DNA from: Octopus bimaculoides
Lineage: Eukaryota
Assembly: GCF_001194135.2 (NCBI RefSeq)
Contig: NC_068984.1
Location: forward strand, 26,671,533-26,707,857
Reading direction: 5' to 3'
DNA: 36,325 nucleotides
Made by a program: the position numbers and the translations under genes
Shown here: one piece after another, positions 23,596 through 35,992 of the stretch
Layout: every line of letters starts with the position of its first letter
How positions within the stretch are numbered: position 1 is the stretch's first letter
The notes under the pieces: model-generated
Told to the model about the DNA's origin: nothing
Databases searched by the model: none
The model's input: the letters and a program-made list of their open reading frames with translations, nothing else

Positions 23596-23997
23596 CACTT
23601 TTATAGGACGAAGATAAGTACCACCTCACCTGAGCTCTTTATCGAAGAATGGGCAAGGATGACTTGACTCGCCATGATCGCTGTACCACACTATGGCCAG
23701 TTGTTGGGCACTGAAATAACCAAAAACACCATGTGGTCAACTGTGTTTGCATGAATATTGAAATTCAAACGACCCTCAAACATGGCATGATTATTCCGGA
23801 GTTGTGACACATTGGGAATTAATGAGATTGGTTGTGCAGGCTAGAAAGCTTAGGTGGAACGCACGTGGCTGTAAAGCTTTTCAGATGGCTTTTCTGACCG
23901 GGAAAAAGTTGAAAAACGGAATAGAGGGAACTACAACAGCAAAGCGCAGAAAGTGATGCTCTCAAAGCAGCACGTGCTGAAGCTATGGAAGAAAAAA

Positions 23998-24610
23998 GAA
24001 GCTTGCTTCCCAACCACAGAGTTCTGGGTTCAGTCTCACTGCGTAGTACCTTAGTCAAGTGTCTTCTACTATAGTCTCAGGCCGACCAAAGCCTTGTGAG
24101 TGGATTTGGTAGACGGATACTGAAAGAAGCCCGTTGTATATATATATATATAATACAAAATGGGACAAGAACGCAAAACATCCAGACAGTTAGATGATAC
24201 AAGAAAGGGACAACAAAACATCCAGATAGACGATACAAAGAAAACAAGGACAGGTCATTCGGAGTTTTCTTTCTTCAGTCAATTTCCAGATTATCTTTGC
24301 GATTTCGGCTGGTTATACTCGAGATTGCTCCAATCTGGCCAGCCCCAAGGAAAAACTAAGCTAAGATCATTAGATTCCTCGGAAGAAAGCAATATATATA
24401 TGTATTTGTGTGTCTGTGTTTTTCCCCCCCACCATTATTTGACAACCGATGTTGGTGTGTTTACGTCCCCGTAACTTAGCGGTTCGGCAAAAGAGCTCGA
24501 TAGAATAAGTTCTAGGCTTACAAAGAATAAGTCCTGGGGTCGATGTGTTCGACTAAAGGCGGTGCTCCAGCATGGCCGCAGTGAATTAACTGAAACAAAT
24601 AAAAGAGTAA
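23998..24610 (+). mobile_element. SINE family B/C (head 23998-24152, tail 24420-24610) with family D inserted in its internal (TA)n
   Basis: The head and tail each match other copies, and the layout links them as one SINE. Confidence 0.85.
24153..24391 (-). mobile_element. Family D short element, TA-flanked, nested in a SINE
   Basis: High identity to 27781-27964, with (TA)n on both sides. The strand is inferred from the longer copy. Confidence 0.75.
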
Positions 24611-25059
24611 AAAACAAAAGCAAAAAACCCCAACAAAAACAAGAAAAACAGGAAGAAATTGACTCGTTCAGGAACCGACGATCTGGAACCTATCTTTTGG
24701 TCGTAATAAACTGTAACACTCTTTTGCTACCTGACAATAAGTAGGGATAGCTGATTATAGAGAGCAGTGGAATAAATAAGAACAGCAAAAGAACCCAAAG
24801 GAAAGTGACGTATGCTGGAGATTCCGCTTCTGAGACTACTTAAGTTTCACAGTCGATCGAAAGATCAGCTTTGGTCGTCGTAAGGATAATGTACAACTTG
24901 AACATAAATGATGAGGAGAGTGTACTAACTGAAGAGGGGGAATAGGAAAAACAGTCCCCAAAAGAAATGCGTATAAAATGTCTTCAAATAAAACTCAGAT
25001 GATAAACTACTGGTAAAAATTGCACCAAGAATCTATTGCCACATGTAAAACGCTTTTCA

Positions 25060-25560
25060 GAGAACAAGAGTTACTATTGGACTCGCTCAAAGCAGAAAAT
25101 GCTTACGGCATCTCTGGGTGCATCAAATTTTTGTTAAGTTGTAGTGCGCCGGCCGATTTGTTGGAGTGCTCCGAACCAATCTAGGTGGCGGTTTATTGGT
25201 GACTTCCAAATTTCATAGAACAATTCTTGAGCTGTACTCCAACATGAGTGCAAGGAGATAAAAGAGGTGAGATTACTGGCTCTAGACAGACAGCGAAGCG
25301 ATACATTCGTTTTAGAGTAAGTGCCATGTAAGGGCTTTCTAAACCGACGATCAGGGATGCATTTCATCAATAGCCTATCTCAATATCCACTCGTCGCAGA
25401 TGATGGGAAGGCAATTGATGAACATGTTGGTACTCTATCGAATACAAACCTCACGCACACACACTCAATAAATAAATAAATAAAATGCAAATAAGAGACT
25501 ATGCTTCCATCAAACGATGTGAAGTTCATAATACTTCAAATAGAAGAGATTGGCGGATAT
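25060..25560 (+). mobile_element. Possible highly decayed CR1-like RT remnant
   Basis: Only weak motifs: FINSLSQYPLVADDGK (cf. FINDL...LFADDTK) and MLPSNDVKFIILQI (cf. W.M.FNV.KCK.L.I). Confidence 0.3.
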
Positions 25561-26781
25561 TTTGAACAATCTATAAGGGGAGAGAATGATAAAGTGCAGA
25601 TTGAGATGATGGGCTTCGAATATGTGGGATGTGCAAAGAAAAGACTGCTAATAAAAATTAGTCTCAGAATTTATCAACAGCCATGCTTAAGGTTCCGGGA
25701 GGAGATGGACTCTTTGGCACTTGAGTTTTCAAGTTCAGAAGTGAACGTTTTTAGTTAATGTTCCCGGAACAAACCGGAGTGGAAGGTGGACAGTTCGAGA
25801 GTTGCCCTTATTTGTATTGAGCGTATGTGTGCCTGCATGTGTGTGCACGTGTGTATGTGCTGTGCGTATGTGTGTGTGCGTATATGTGTATCTGCTTGTG
25901 TGTGTGTGTGTGTGTGTGTGTGGTGTTTTTCTTTGTTTTTGCTCTATTTATACCTGCCTCTTTACTTGAATGACTACCTGATACTTGCTGGTAGAGTACA
26001 CATTAACTTTTATACGTAAAAAGCTGGCAGTGACTTTGACGTCTCCGCTTGTTCACCTTCATAAATCTGTACTTTATTTGAATTCTTTGTGGATTTATAT
26101 TGGCAAGTTGTTCGTTGAGTAGGTAGACCGTAGAAATAGTTGTGTAAGAAGGGAGATAAAGGAAGATAGAAAGTATTTATGTGTTTGTAGGGTGTGGATT
26201 GAGAGAAAGTTATGGCGAGGAGATTTATTTTGATTTGATGCAGGACTTTTGTTACTGTTTGGGGTTAAGTCAAACGTTAAGCAAAGGTGTAAACAGATGT
26301 GTTAGATTCAGAGTATGACTTTATATGGAAAGTTGTTTTTTTTGTCGTGGTTAACGGTTCAAAAAAGAATATTTAGAGATGAATCAGTTGACCGCACAGT
26401 ACAGGTCGGACTCAGGCTGAATGTTGAAACTAGGTGTTTTGGGAAGGCTAGAACTAAGGAGTCTGTGTTACCATAAATATTTATTGGGGGTCTTCAAGTA
26501 TGTTTCTAATGTAGCTATGGATATATATATATATATTATATTGTTGTCAACAAATGCATACAGGTAACTGCATGATGTTATCCTATAAACCTATATGAAT
26601 GCAAAAAGATGACAAAATCTTTCATAGGTATATCCATTTGTAAGGAGACATACGTGTGTATAAGCACTATATAAACATAGTATTATATATACATATCAAC
26701 ACATAAATGTACGTACATCGTTGCATATGTGTGTTTGTGTGTGTATACTCACATAATATGTATGTATGTATGTATATATAT

Positions 26782-26955
26782 TGATTGACCGTTGACTGAA
26801 CACTATTCAATTTTTTTTCTCCGTGTTTTTCTCCTTGTCTCCGTATTCTTTCTGTTGAAGAGCGTAGCTCGAAACGTCAAAGACTTTCCGTATTCCCGAG
26901 CGTCATACTAATATATACTTTTGTTATTTACACCACCTGTCCTCGTCTGTTGTTA
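26782..26955 (+). mobile_element. Family E element, second copy, running into a gap; hammerhead-like motif at 26847-26883
   Basis: Nearly identical to 15582-15755, and the motif is identical in both copies. Confidence 0.75.
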
Positions 26956-27780
26956 NNNNNNNNNNNNNNNNNNNNNNNNNNNNNNNNNNNNNNNNNNNNN
27001 NNNNNNNNNNNNNNNNNNNNNNNNNNNNNNNNNNNNNNNNNNNNNNNNNNNNNNNNNNNNNNNNNNNNNNNNNNNNNNNNNNNNNNNNNNNNNNNNNNNN
27101 NNNNNNNNNNNNNNNNNNNNNNNNNNNNNNNNNNNNNNNNNNNNNNNNNNNNNNNNNNNNNNNNNNNNNNNNNNNNNNNNNNNNNNNNNNNNNNNNNNNN
27201 NNNNNNNNNNNNNNNNNNNNNNNNNNNNNNNNNNNNNNNNNNNNNNNNNNNNNNNNNNNNNNNNNNNNNNNNNNNNNNNNNNNNNNNNNNNNNNNNNNNN
27301 NNNNNNNNNNNNNNNNNNNNNNNNNNNNNNNNNNNNNNNNNNNNNNNNNNNNNNNNNNNNNNNNNNNNNNNNNNNNNNNNNNNNNNNNNNNNNNNNNNNN
27401 NNNNNNNNNNNNNNNNNNNNNNNNNNNNNNNNNNNNTATATATCTACATATCTACACACACACAAATATATATAATGTCACTCTTTATAATTTTTCAATA
27501 AATTCCAAGGTTATTTTCAAAATACTACTTATCCCAAAATATGGTGGCTAGATTCGTCACGACCAGTGTAGTATCACACCTGTTTGACACTTATTTATGG
27601 TTTTACATGAAAATGCTGGATTATATGTTATAATGTAATCTATGAATGAATCAATAAAATTCTACCGAAACAGCTGTCGTAAATTTTAAATCCTATTTGT
27701 GTTGTATTTGTTTTCTTACGCTCTACTTAGAACCATCCCTGAGTCAGATTTTCCGTTTAAATTCGATCTGCTACTTGAAG

Positions 27781-28210
27781 GGGCAACAAAACATCCAGAC
27801 AAGCGATACAAAGAAAACAAGGACGGGTCATTCCGAGTTTTCTTTCCTCAGTCGAGTTCCAGATTATCTATGCAATTTCGGCTGGTTATACTCGAAATTG
27901 CTCCGGTCTGGCCAGCCCCAAGGAAAACCTAAGCTAAGAGCATTAGATTCCTTGGAAGAAAGCAGTGAACGTATATGAAAACAAGGACAGAAAAAAAACG
28001 GAGAAATGTTACACAATTACAAATGCAACTAACAGGACATAACAACAGGTGTCTTTCGACTAAGGGCAAATTAAATTAAGCTGGAAGTAAAGCCATGCGG
28101 CAGGAGAATAGAATTTGACAGGCACAGAGAGGCATATAGATGTTGCACGGATTGTAACCGAACCAAGGAAAGTCAGCCTTGGCCGAACACCGGTCACGTG
28201 GGGAGAGAAG
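27781..28210 (-). mobile_element. Longer family D copy, possibly the 3' end of a Penelope-like element
   Basis: 27781-27964 matches 24206-24391. The upstream minus strand reads, with frameshifts, YNP(A)TSIC.LC and ILFSCRMALL, resembling the PLE GIY-YIG C-terminus (weak). Confidence 0.5.
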
Positions 28211-28515
28211 AGAGAGAGGTAGAGGCAGAGGGATAGAAGAATTAAGGAGGGATGACAAAAATGAAAGGGGCACAGTGAAGTGAAAGATGAGGGAAAGTGA
28301 GCATGAAGAGAAGGCCAGGAAATGTGAGAGAGGGGGAACGAAAGAACTAAGAGTGGAATGAACGAAGTAAGTGTGAAAAGGTTGATAGAAAAAAAGGAAA
28401 GAATGACAGAGTAGAAAGAATAATAGAGTCGTACAAAATTTAGATATATATATGTACTTACATATAAGAGAGCAACGTGTACGTACGCCGCTATATTCTT
28501 ATATATAAAAAATAC

Positions 28516-28519
<4 letters not shown>

Positions 28520-28591
<72 letters not shown>
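28520..28591. repeat. (TG)n microsatellite
   Basis: Direct inspection. Confidence 0.95.
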
Positions 28592-28594
<3 letters not shown>

Positions 28595-28744
28595 TATAAG
28601 CTCGCTCGTCTTTCTTTTTAAGAGTGGAACTCGAAGTAGACAAAGCTATAAATCATAGCATGCATCATATTGGGTTAAAAATCTCTTGAACGGAAAAAAG
28701 AAATTCCGAGGCTGAAACTCGAACCTACAAATGTAGCGGTCATA

Positions 28745-29400
28745 ATATCGATGATATGCTGGTGATGATTCTGATTATTATAATGATGGCGGTTATGGTG
28801 TTAGCAGTAGTAAAAATAATGATGATGATGGGTACTTTGTGATTGTGATGTTAATGATGATAATGATGGAGGTGTTGATGGTGATGATGAGAATGGTGAT
28901 GGTAGTCACAACCGACAGAGAATGTTGCAGGTGGTGTAGCTGTGTTTGGAAATGAATCCAGATACTGTCAGCGGCAACAATTGTTACTCAGCGGGGTTAT
29001 TTAGAGCACCGTGGGGGAGAGTAGCAGCTGTCATCGTTTTCAATAAGGGGGTTGGCGCTGTTGTACAGAAGTATAGGGAGGAGGAAGAAGAAGAAAGAGA
29101 AGAAAAGGAGAAGGAAGAAGAAGAAAAGGAGAGGAGGAAAACACAGGTGAGGTAGAGGATAGACGACAATATCGATGATGACGGCGTTGGTGATGGTGGT
29201 GGTGTTGGTTGTGGGTTTGACGACGATGATGTTGAGGTTGCTGATAGTGAAGAGGATTATTATTATGATGAGAGAAATAGAAGAATAAGATGGAAAATAA
29301 ACTGAAGAAGTATAAGAAGAAAAAGAAGGAAAGGACAGTAAATGTTGGCAGTAATCATTATGATGATCATTATGATGACGTGGCTGGAGGAGGAAAGTGT
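28745..29400. repeat. Cryptic simple-sequence field (GAT/GGT/GAA/GAG trinucleotide-derived)
   Basis: Degenerate triplet periodicity. Similar fields occur at 9660-9900 and 34330-34600. Confidence 0.7.
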
Positions 29401-30798
29401 GATGTAAAAGAAAGATTAAAAGTAAACGAAACAAAACAAAAAATCTGAGCAGGGGATATGTTTAACGATGATCTTTATCTGCGATAACAGACACCACCAC
29501 TGCTGCTAAGAACGGTGATCTCACTTCCCTACCAACTCCCACGCTCCACATAGCTACCTTTCCAGTTTGCAAACTACCCCAACCCACTTTATCGTTAAGG
29601 GTGTCCCATGTGCCTGGCATATGTGACTTCTACTGCCTGTTGATTTCCCTTTTTCTGTTTGTCTTCTAAAAAAATGATTTAAAAAAAAAAAGTGTTTGCT
29701 CGTCATTGTTACATACCCACAATTGCACCCGACATAACGTCATACTGAGAATTATTTGGCATTTATTTATTTAATTATTTAACTATTTATTTATCTAAAC
29801 ATACATGTATATGTCTACAAACCAGTTTCAGTTCCCGCTAGTTGCTGTTTCACTTCAATTCCGTTGGGAAAACGTATTAAGAGCGAAACTGAACCTGGCC
29901 AATTTATTCTTACAACCCAGTTCGACCTAGTTGACGTAACAGCCAAATTTCGACCCAGCACATGATGTAGACTTAAAAAAAGAAAAGACACACGAGACAC
30001 CTTTCATAGGCATTTGATCATACAGCTGCTTAGATATGGTTGATCAGATGCTTAACAATAACAAGAAATTCACAACGATAGAACATCTGCAACAGAGTTT
30101 CTCAACGTGAGCGGTAACATAATTAACATGTTAAATTTTATCTATAACTAATTATATTATGCATGATAAAACTAATAATGGTTATTAAAATAAAATGAGG
30201 TCTCATGAATAAAACTTGAAAATTCTTATCCATGTTAAGTTAGTTTAGTCGTGATACTCCAAACATTCATAAAAACCAAAGAAGCTGCAGATGTGCGTTG
30301 ATCAGAGAATCTGATAGAAAATTTATAGAAACGGACCGATATTTGTATTTAGTAAATAAAATCCAAGAAATTGAGTGAATTAAGTGATTATATGGCCACA
30401 TTGAACAGAGATTTCAGATTGTGTGATGAGTTAGAAATTCAATATCACATAAATCTTATTCAGTTTTGAGAAATTTCGGGTACTCGACTAAGGTGTGTTA
30501 CGAATAATTATTCAGCTTGATCTTTATTGCACCCCTTTTCATTTTAATTAACCTGCTTTAAATGTTCTTCTTCAATGTTAATTCTTGTGGGGTTGTTGAT
30601 GCTATCAGTAATTGCGTTAAGTAAATTTGAAATTTTGTGTATTCTCTTACTCTTTCCGTTCATATTCAGTTTGAAACGGAAATAACGTGTAACTGGCAGT
30701 ATACTCTTGTGTTTAAATACAGAGGCACAGACGCAGACACATATATACATGCATACATACACAAATACAAACATACATACATACATACATACATATGT

Positions 30799-31054
30799 CG
30801 TGAAGGATATTTGTCACCTAAATGTGGCTGACCTATATGGGACAATACTGCTGTAGTTTATAGCCTCAGGAGGACATCTCCTCCAGAAACCCTGGTCCTT
30901 GTGTATCACGGGAACGATGGTTTCCCTTTGAAAATACTGATAGGGCACAGACAGTGTGTCATTAGCCAGCTAGAGATGTCTTCCTGGGGCTATAAACTAG
31001 AATAGCATCGTCCCATATAGGTCAGCCACATTTAGGTGGCAAATATCCTTCACG
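30799..31054. mobile_element. MITE-like element, 256 bp, with 82-bp TIRs (30799-30880 and 30973-31054) and ATGT flanking both ends
   Basis: The TIRs begin cgtgaaggatatttg and differ at about 8 positions. The junctions read atgt|cgtg ... cacg|atgt. Confidence 0.85.
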
Positions 31055-31076
31055 ATGTTGTGCTGCTACTGTTTAT

Positions 31077-31095
31077 ATCTCGCTCAGAGATTTAT

Positions 31096-31167
<72 letters not shown>

Positions 31168-31189
31168 GTAATAAATCTTTGAGCGAGAT
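31077..31189. repeat. 21-bp inverted repeat enclosing an (AAT)n tract
   Basis: atctcgctcagagatttatta (31077-31097) and taataaatctttgagcgagat (31169-31189), with one mismatch. Confidence 0.85.
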
Positions 31190-32652
31190 GTATGTATATA
31201 TATATATATATATATGTATATATTAAAGCTATTTGAGGTATACGTTAACCTCGTAAAGGGATGGTTACATTCAAATGGGATACTGGTTTTATACCCAGTA
31301 ATTTTGGGGAAATGAAATTTCTTTAAATCAATAGGTGTGTATTAAAAATAAAGTTCATGTTCAGTTAAGTGAAAGAAAGAAAATGGAGAGTTAAGATAAT
31401 AAAGATATTTTATAAAAATTTGGTAATCTTCTTACAGCCGTTTCCTTTAGTGCTCATAGGTAAATTACAAATTTGTGCTTTAAATTTGCACTTATATGTT
31501 ATGAGCATAATTTCATCAGAGAAAGATATGCATTAAGATATTACATGCGCACATTTTCGTTCATGCAAGCAGACTAAATGAGTCATTATTTTTTATAGTT
31601 ATGTGTGGATGAAGGGTTAACAGATCAGTTGTATATAATGGGTAATAAGGTAAAGTAAAGAATACGATAGAATAAAATAAAAAGTAAATGAAGTAAAAAT
31701 GGAAATAAAAATGAAATGAAGAAAATTTAAAATAAATAATATAAATGTAAAATAAGTTAATAACAGAAGTAATATACATATAAATATATGTGTAAATACA
31801 TATACATTCATAGTCATTTGCATATACGAAAAAAAAATACATACACACATTTACATAAATACACATATATACATACATGCGTACATATACACACACACCT
31901 ATTTACACATATGTACATACATGCATATACATGTATGTACACAGGAGACACAGGAGAGGCATTTTACTTCTACAAACTTAGAAAAACTGACTGCAACTGA
32001 TAAGGAACGTAGGCCTACAGAAACTTCATATGTGAATGAAAGAGAAAGATATATAACATTTATAAGACAAGTTAAACGAAGGAGATTATGAGACAAGGAA
32101 GTAACTGAATATTGTATATGAAGTAAAATAAGAAAATCACATGACATGAAAAGCGTCGAAATATGAAACGAAACAACAACAATGATCCAATGTGTACAAT
32201 GAAAATAAAAGCGCCAAATGAAAGGAATGGAAGAGGAGGTAAGGTTTTGGATTATACATTTCTTTTTCAAAGAAAAGTTAAAGAAGTAAGCAAAGCAGGA
32301 GAAATAGAATAAAAACAATAAAGTATTTATGACGTCTGCAGGCTTAATGCAAAATAGAATTTGGTGAGTAGAATAATAGGATCAGCTGTGGAGTATAAGT
32401 GGAGAGAGTTCGAAAGAGTAGGAGAGACGAAGGGGATAAAGCAAAATTTAAAGAATGAACAGAGATGAGGGAGATGGAGACCATGATAGGTGAGAGGACC
32501 TTAGTGTAATTAATACTGGCCTATCGAATCTGTTTGTAATACAATGTTTTTACAATGTTAAGATACATAACTGAGAATGTTCTCTAATCTTGTACAACCT
32601 GTAACTCTTATACAAGACATGTATGTATGTATGTATGTGTGTAACATCAAAA

Positions 32653-33619
32653 CATGAAGGCAAAAGTGAACTTCAATGGGACACGTTCAGAGCCAGTTCC
32701 AGTGGAAAACGCTGTCAGACAAGGTGATATTTCAGCACCCACATTGTTCTCCATGTACTTTGCCGTGCTACTTACGTATGCCATCTAAGACTTAGAATTA
32801 AGGGTCTACATGCAATTTAGAACCTCTAGCAACATCTTTAATCTAAGACGTTTCGACACCAAATCAAAAACATTCATACGTTCCTTTGATGATGCGGATT
32901 TTCTGGATCACTCAGCAAATGATTGATGATATTGGACAATTTCTCCAAAACATGCACTGCATTTGCGTAAAAAATACAACGGTCATGTAAACTCCGCCAG
33001 TTTGGGAAACATATGTGCAGCTTGACATTTTTTGGGGGGAAGGAAAAAGGACTGAAGTCGTGGACAGCTTTGCGTACCTTGGAAGAACACTCTGTAGATA
33101 TTATACCCTTGACACTGAAATAAATAACATGATTGCGCAAGCTGGGAATCTTTCGGGAAACTTGAAAAGCGAGTCTGGTCAGATCGGAGTATCGCGAAAG
33201 ACACTAAACTAGCCATATAGAAGACCTGTGTTTTTACAGCCTTGCTGTACTGGTGCTAATCGTGGACAGCTTATAGACATTATATCAAGCAGTCGGAAAG
33301 GTTTCATCAACATTGTATCCGGCGTATCCTGTGGATAATTTAAGCGTCTTACACACCTGCTATTGTTGTACTTGAGAAAGCCAGCAGCATCAATATACGG
33401 AAAAGAAAGCGCAGAACACGATGCGCTGGGATGGTTATGATGTCAAGGTGGAAGACAAACAGTCCAAACAGTTATTTTACGCGGAATTGACCAGAGGAGA
33501 AAAGATCTGAGCTTAAACCTAGGAAGCGGTTTAAGGACTTCATAAAAGACAACCATAAAGCTTTGGAGATTGATATGGATGTCTGTAAGACATTGGCTGA
33601 AAGCCGTGCATCAGAGAGG

Positions 33620-33705
<86 letters not shown>

Positions 33706-33925
33706 CAAGTTTAGATGTGGTATCTTTGGACAAAAGCGTATGGAGCATGCTGCTTTGAAGTGTTCACTCCGTAAGCAGAAACCCAACAGGAGTTGAAGTG
33801 CAATGGGTGTGGACTATTTCTTCTCTCAAGAGCTGGGATTGCCAGCCATCTAAAATCACATGAGCCTGGCAGAAATCGAGCTGCTATGATATTGTTCTAC
33901 CGACAAGTACGTCGCAGTACATATG
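32653..33925 (+). mobile_element. 5'-truncated, decayed RTE-clade LINE (RT C-terminal half to terminal C2H2-like finger)
   Basis: Translation gives MKAKVNFNGTRSEP, AVRQGDISAPTLFSMYFAVLL, QFRTSSNIFNLRRF, EVVDSFAYLGRTL...DTEINNMIAQA, PRKRFKDFIKDN and CNGCGLFLLSRAGIASHLKSH. Confidence 0.9.
33607..33702. repeat. (GA)n microsatellite inside the RTE ORF
   Basis: Direct inspection. Confidence 0.95.
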
Positions 33926-34089
33926 TACTGGAAAGGAAAATAAGTGTTACATCTGGGATTGTTCCTGTAGAAGAAAAGCTGGGTTGAAAAGCCACCTGTA
34001 TGCACATGATTGTGCAATGTTCAATATGCAGCTGGCACGTTTTTAAGAAGTATCAAATCAGCATATATGTATCTTTTTCTTTTTCTCCA

Positions 34090-34218
34090 TATACATACAT
34101 ACATACATACATACATACATACATGCATACGTACATACATACATGCATACATGCATACATACATGCATACGTACATACATACATGCATACGTACATACAT
34201 ACATGCTTACATACATCT
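34090..34218. repeat. (ACAT)n microsatellite with higher-order variants (catgcatacgta)
   Basis: Direct inspection. A similar array lies at 35480-35605. Confidence 0.9.
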
Positions 34219-35304
34219 ATAATAATAATTGCCAAAACGAATTTCTGTGTGTCAGTGTGTCACACTTTGAATCCGTCTCTCACTATTCGAGGAGACTTTT
34301 ACGATTCCTCCTGCTCGAGTGAGAGTATTAGTAGAGGCATAGAGACGGTAAGGGCGGTAGTAGATTGACGGTTGTGATGGTAATGGAGTGGTAGTAATAG
34401 TATGAGCTGTAGTTGTGATAGAGGCGAAGGCGACGGTGATGATGGTGGTCATTGATGACCGTGATAGTAAGCGATGTGAAGGACAGTGGTGATGGTGGTG
34501 GAGGGGAAGGCGACGAAGTCAAAGGTATTGATGGTAGTGGCGTCAGAAATCTGAATGGTGTGTATATGGCAGTTGTGGTGGGGTACTGGTGATGGTGATG
34601 GTTGGAAACAATCCACAGAAAGACAGAGAGAGAAAGAAAGAGGTTAGACAGAAAGATAAAGTGTACCGATCCCCGAATGGGAAGACAAAAAATGTTCTTT
34701 ATCATGCAGCTTTGCAATAAGTTTCAAGTCGACAAATTATATCATTGTTTTGGTGATAATTGTTCATTGCTTGAAAAATATTGGTCAAGTTTAATAAANN
34801 NNNNNNNNNNNNNNNNNNNNNNNNNNNNNNNNNNNNNNNNNNNNNNNNNNNNNNNNNNNNNNNNNNNNNNNNNNNNNNNNNNNNNNNNNNNNNNNNNNNN
34901 NNNNNNNNNNNNNNNNNNNNNNNNNNNNNNNNNNNNNNNNNNNNNNNNNNNNNNNNNNNNNNNNNNNNNNNNNNNNNNNNNNNNNNNNNNNNNNNNNNNN
35001 NNNNNNNNNNNNNNNNNNNNNNNNNNNNNNNNNNNNNNNNNNNNNNNNNNNNNNNNNNNNNNNNNNNNNNNNNNNNNNNNNNNNNNNNNNNNNNNNNNNN
35101 NNNNNNNNNNNNNNNNNNNNNNNNNNNNNNNNNNNNNNNNNNNNNNNNNNNNNNNNNNNNNNNNNNNNNNNNNNNNNNNNNNNNNNNNNNNNNNNNNNNN
35201 NNNNNNNNNNNNNNNNNNNNNNNNNNNNNNNNNNNNNNNNNNNNNNNNNNNNNNNNNNNNNNNNNNNNNNNNNNNNNNNNNNNNNNNNNNNNNNNNNNNN
35301 NNNN

Positions 35305-35343
<39 letters not shown>

Positions 35344-35744
35344 GTACGGTGCTTTATGTCAAACGAATAAGAAAGAAGTGCTCAATAGATGTTGTAGAGG
35401 ATATGGTCCCGTTCCATGAAACCGAGATCGAGAGTTTGTCTTGCGACTCGAGTTCGAATAATAAGCTTTTCATATATTTGTATACATACATACATAAATA
35501 TATGCATACATACATACATACATACATGCATACATACATGCATACATGCATACATGGATACATACATACATACATACATACATACATACATACGTACGTA
35601 CATACGAAAATACCCTGTTGATGTTTAAATTCCAATGAAGGAGCCTTGGATCTTGGTTAGAAACCGGCTCTTTCTCTATTGGCAAGAAATCTTGAAATAA
35701 AACTGAACAATGACACACATACATACTAACCTTTACACACACAC

Positions 35745-35788
<44 letters not shown>

Positions 35789-35875
35789 TTAAGTGACAAG
35801 ACTGTTAATACCAAACCTTGTCATAAAAGATGTATCGTAGGCTTGTGTTCTGCAGTTTTTGTCGCCCTTCAGCAA

Positions 35876-35909
35876 ATAAACAAAAACAAAAACAAAAACA
35901 ACAACAACA

Positions 35910-35978
<69 letters not shown>

Positions 35979-35992
35979 ACTGCTGCTACTAT
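35876..35992. repeat. Compound (CAAAAA)/(CAA)n/(CTA)n/(CTG)n microsatellite
   Basis: Direct inspection. Confidence 0.9.

Noticed and set aside
26000-26450. Possible decayed PLE 3' end on the minus strand (atgaaggtgaacaagcggagacgtcaaag resembles the family E motif)
   Set aside because: Too diverged to support without an alignment tool.
34277-34325. Imperfect ~50-nt hairpin (ctctcac...gtgagag) as a pre-miRNA candidate
   Set aside because: The stem is short and bulged, and there is no expression or conservation evidence.
35620-35712. Short microsatellite-flanked segment with tgaagg-hairpin-gaaacc, recalled as an octopus repeat
   Set aside because: There is only one copy in the window and the hammerhead core does not fit.
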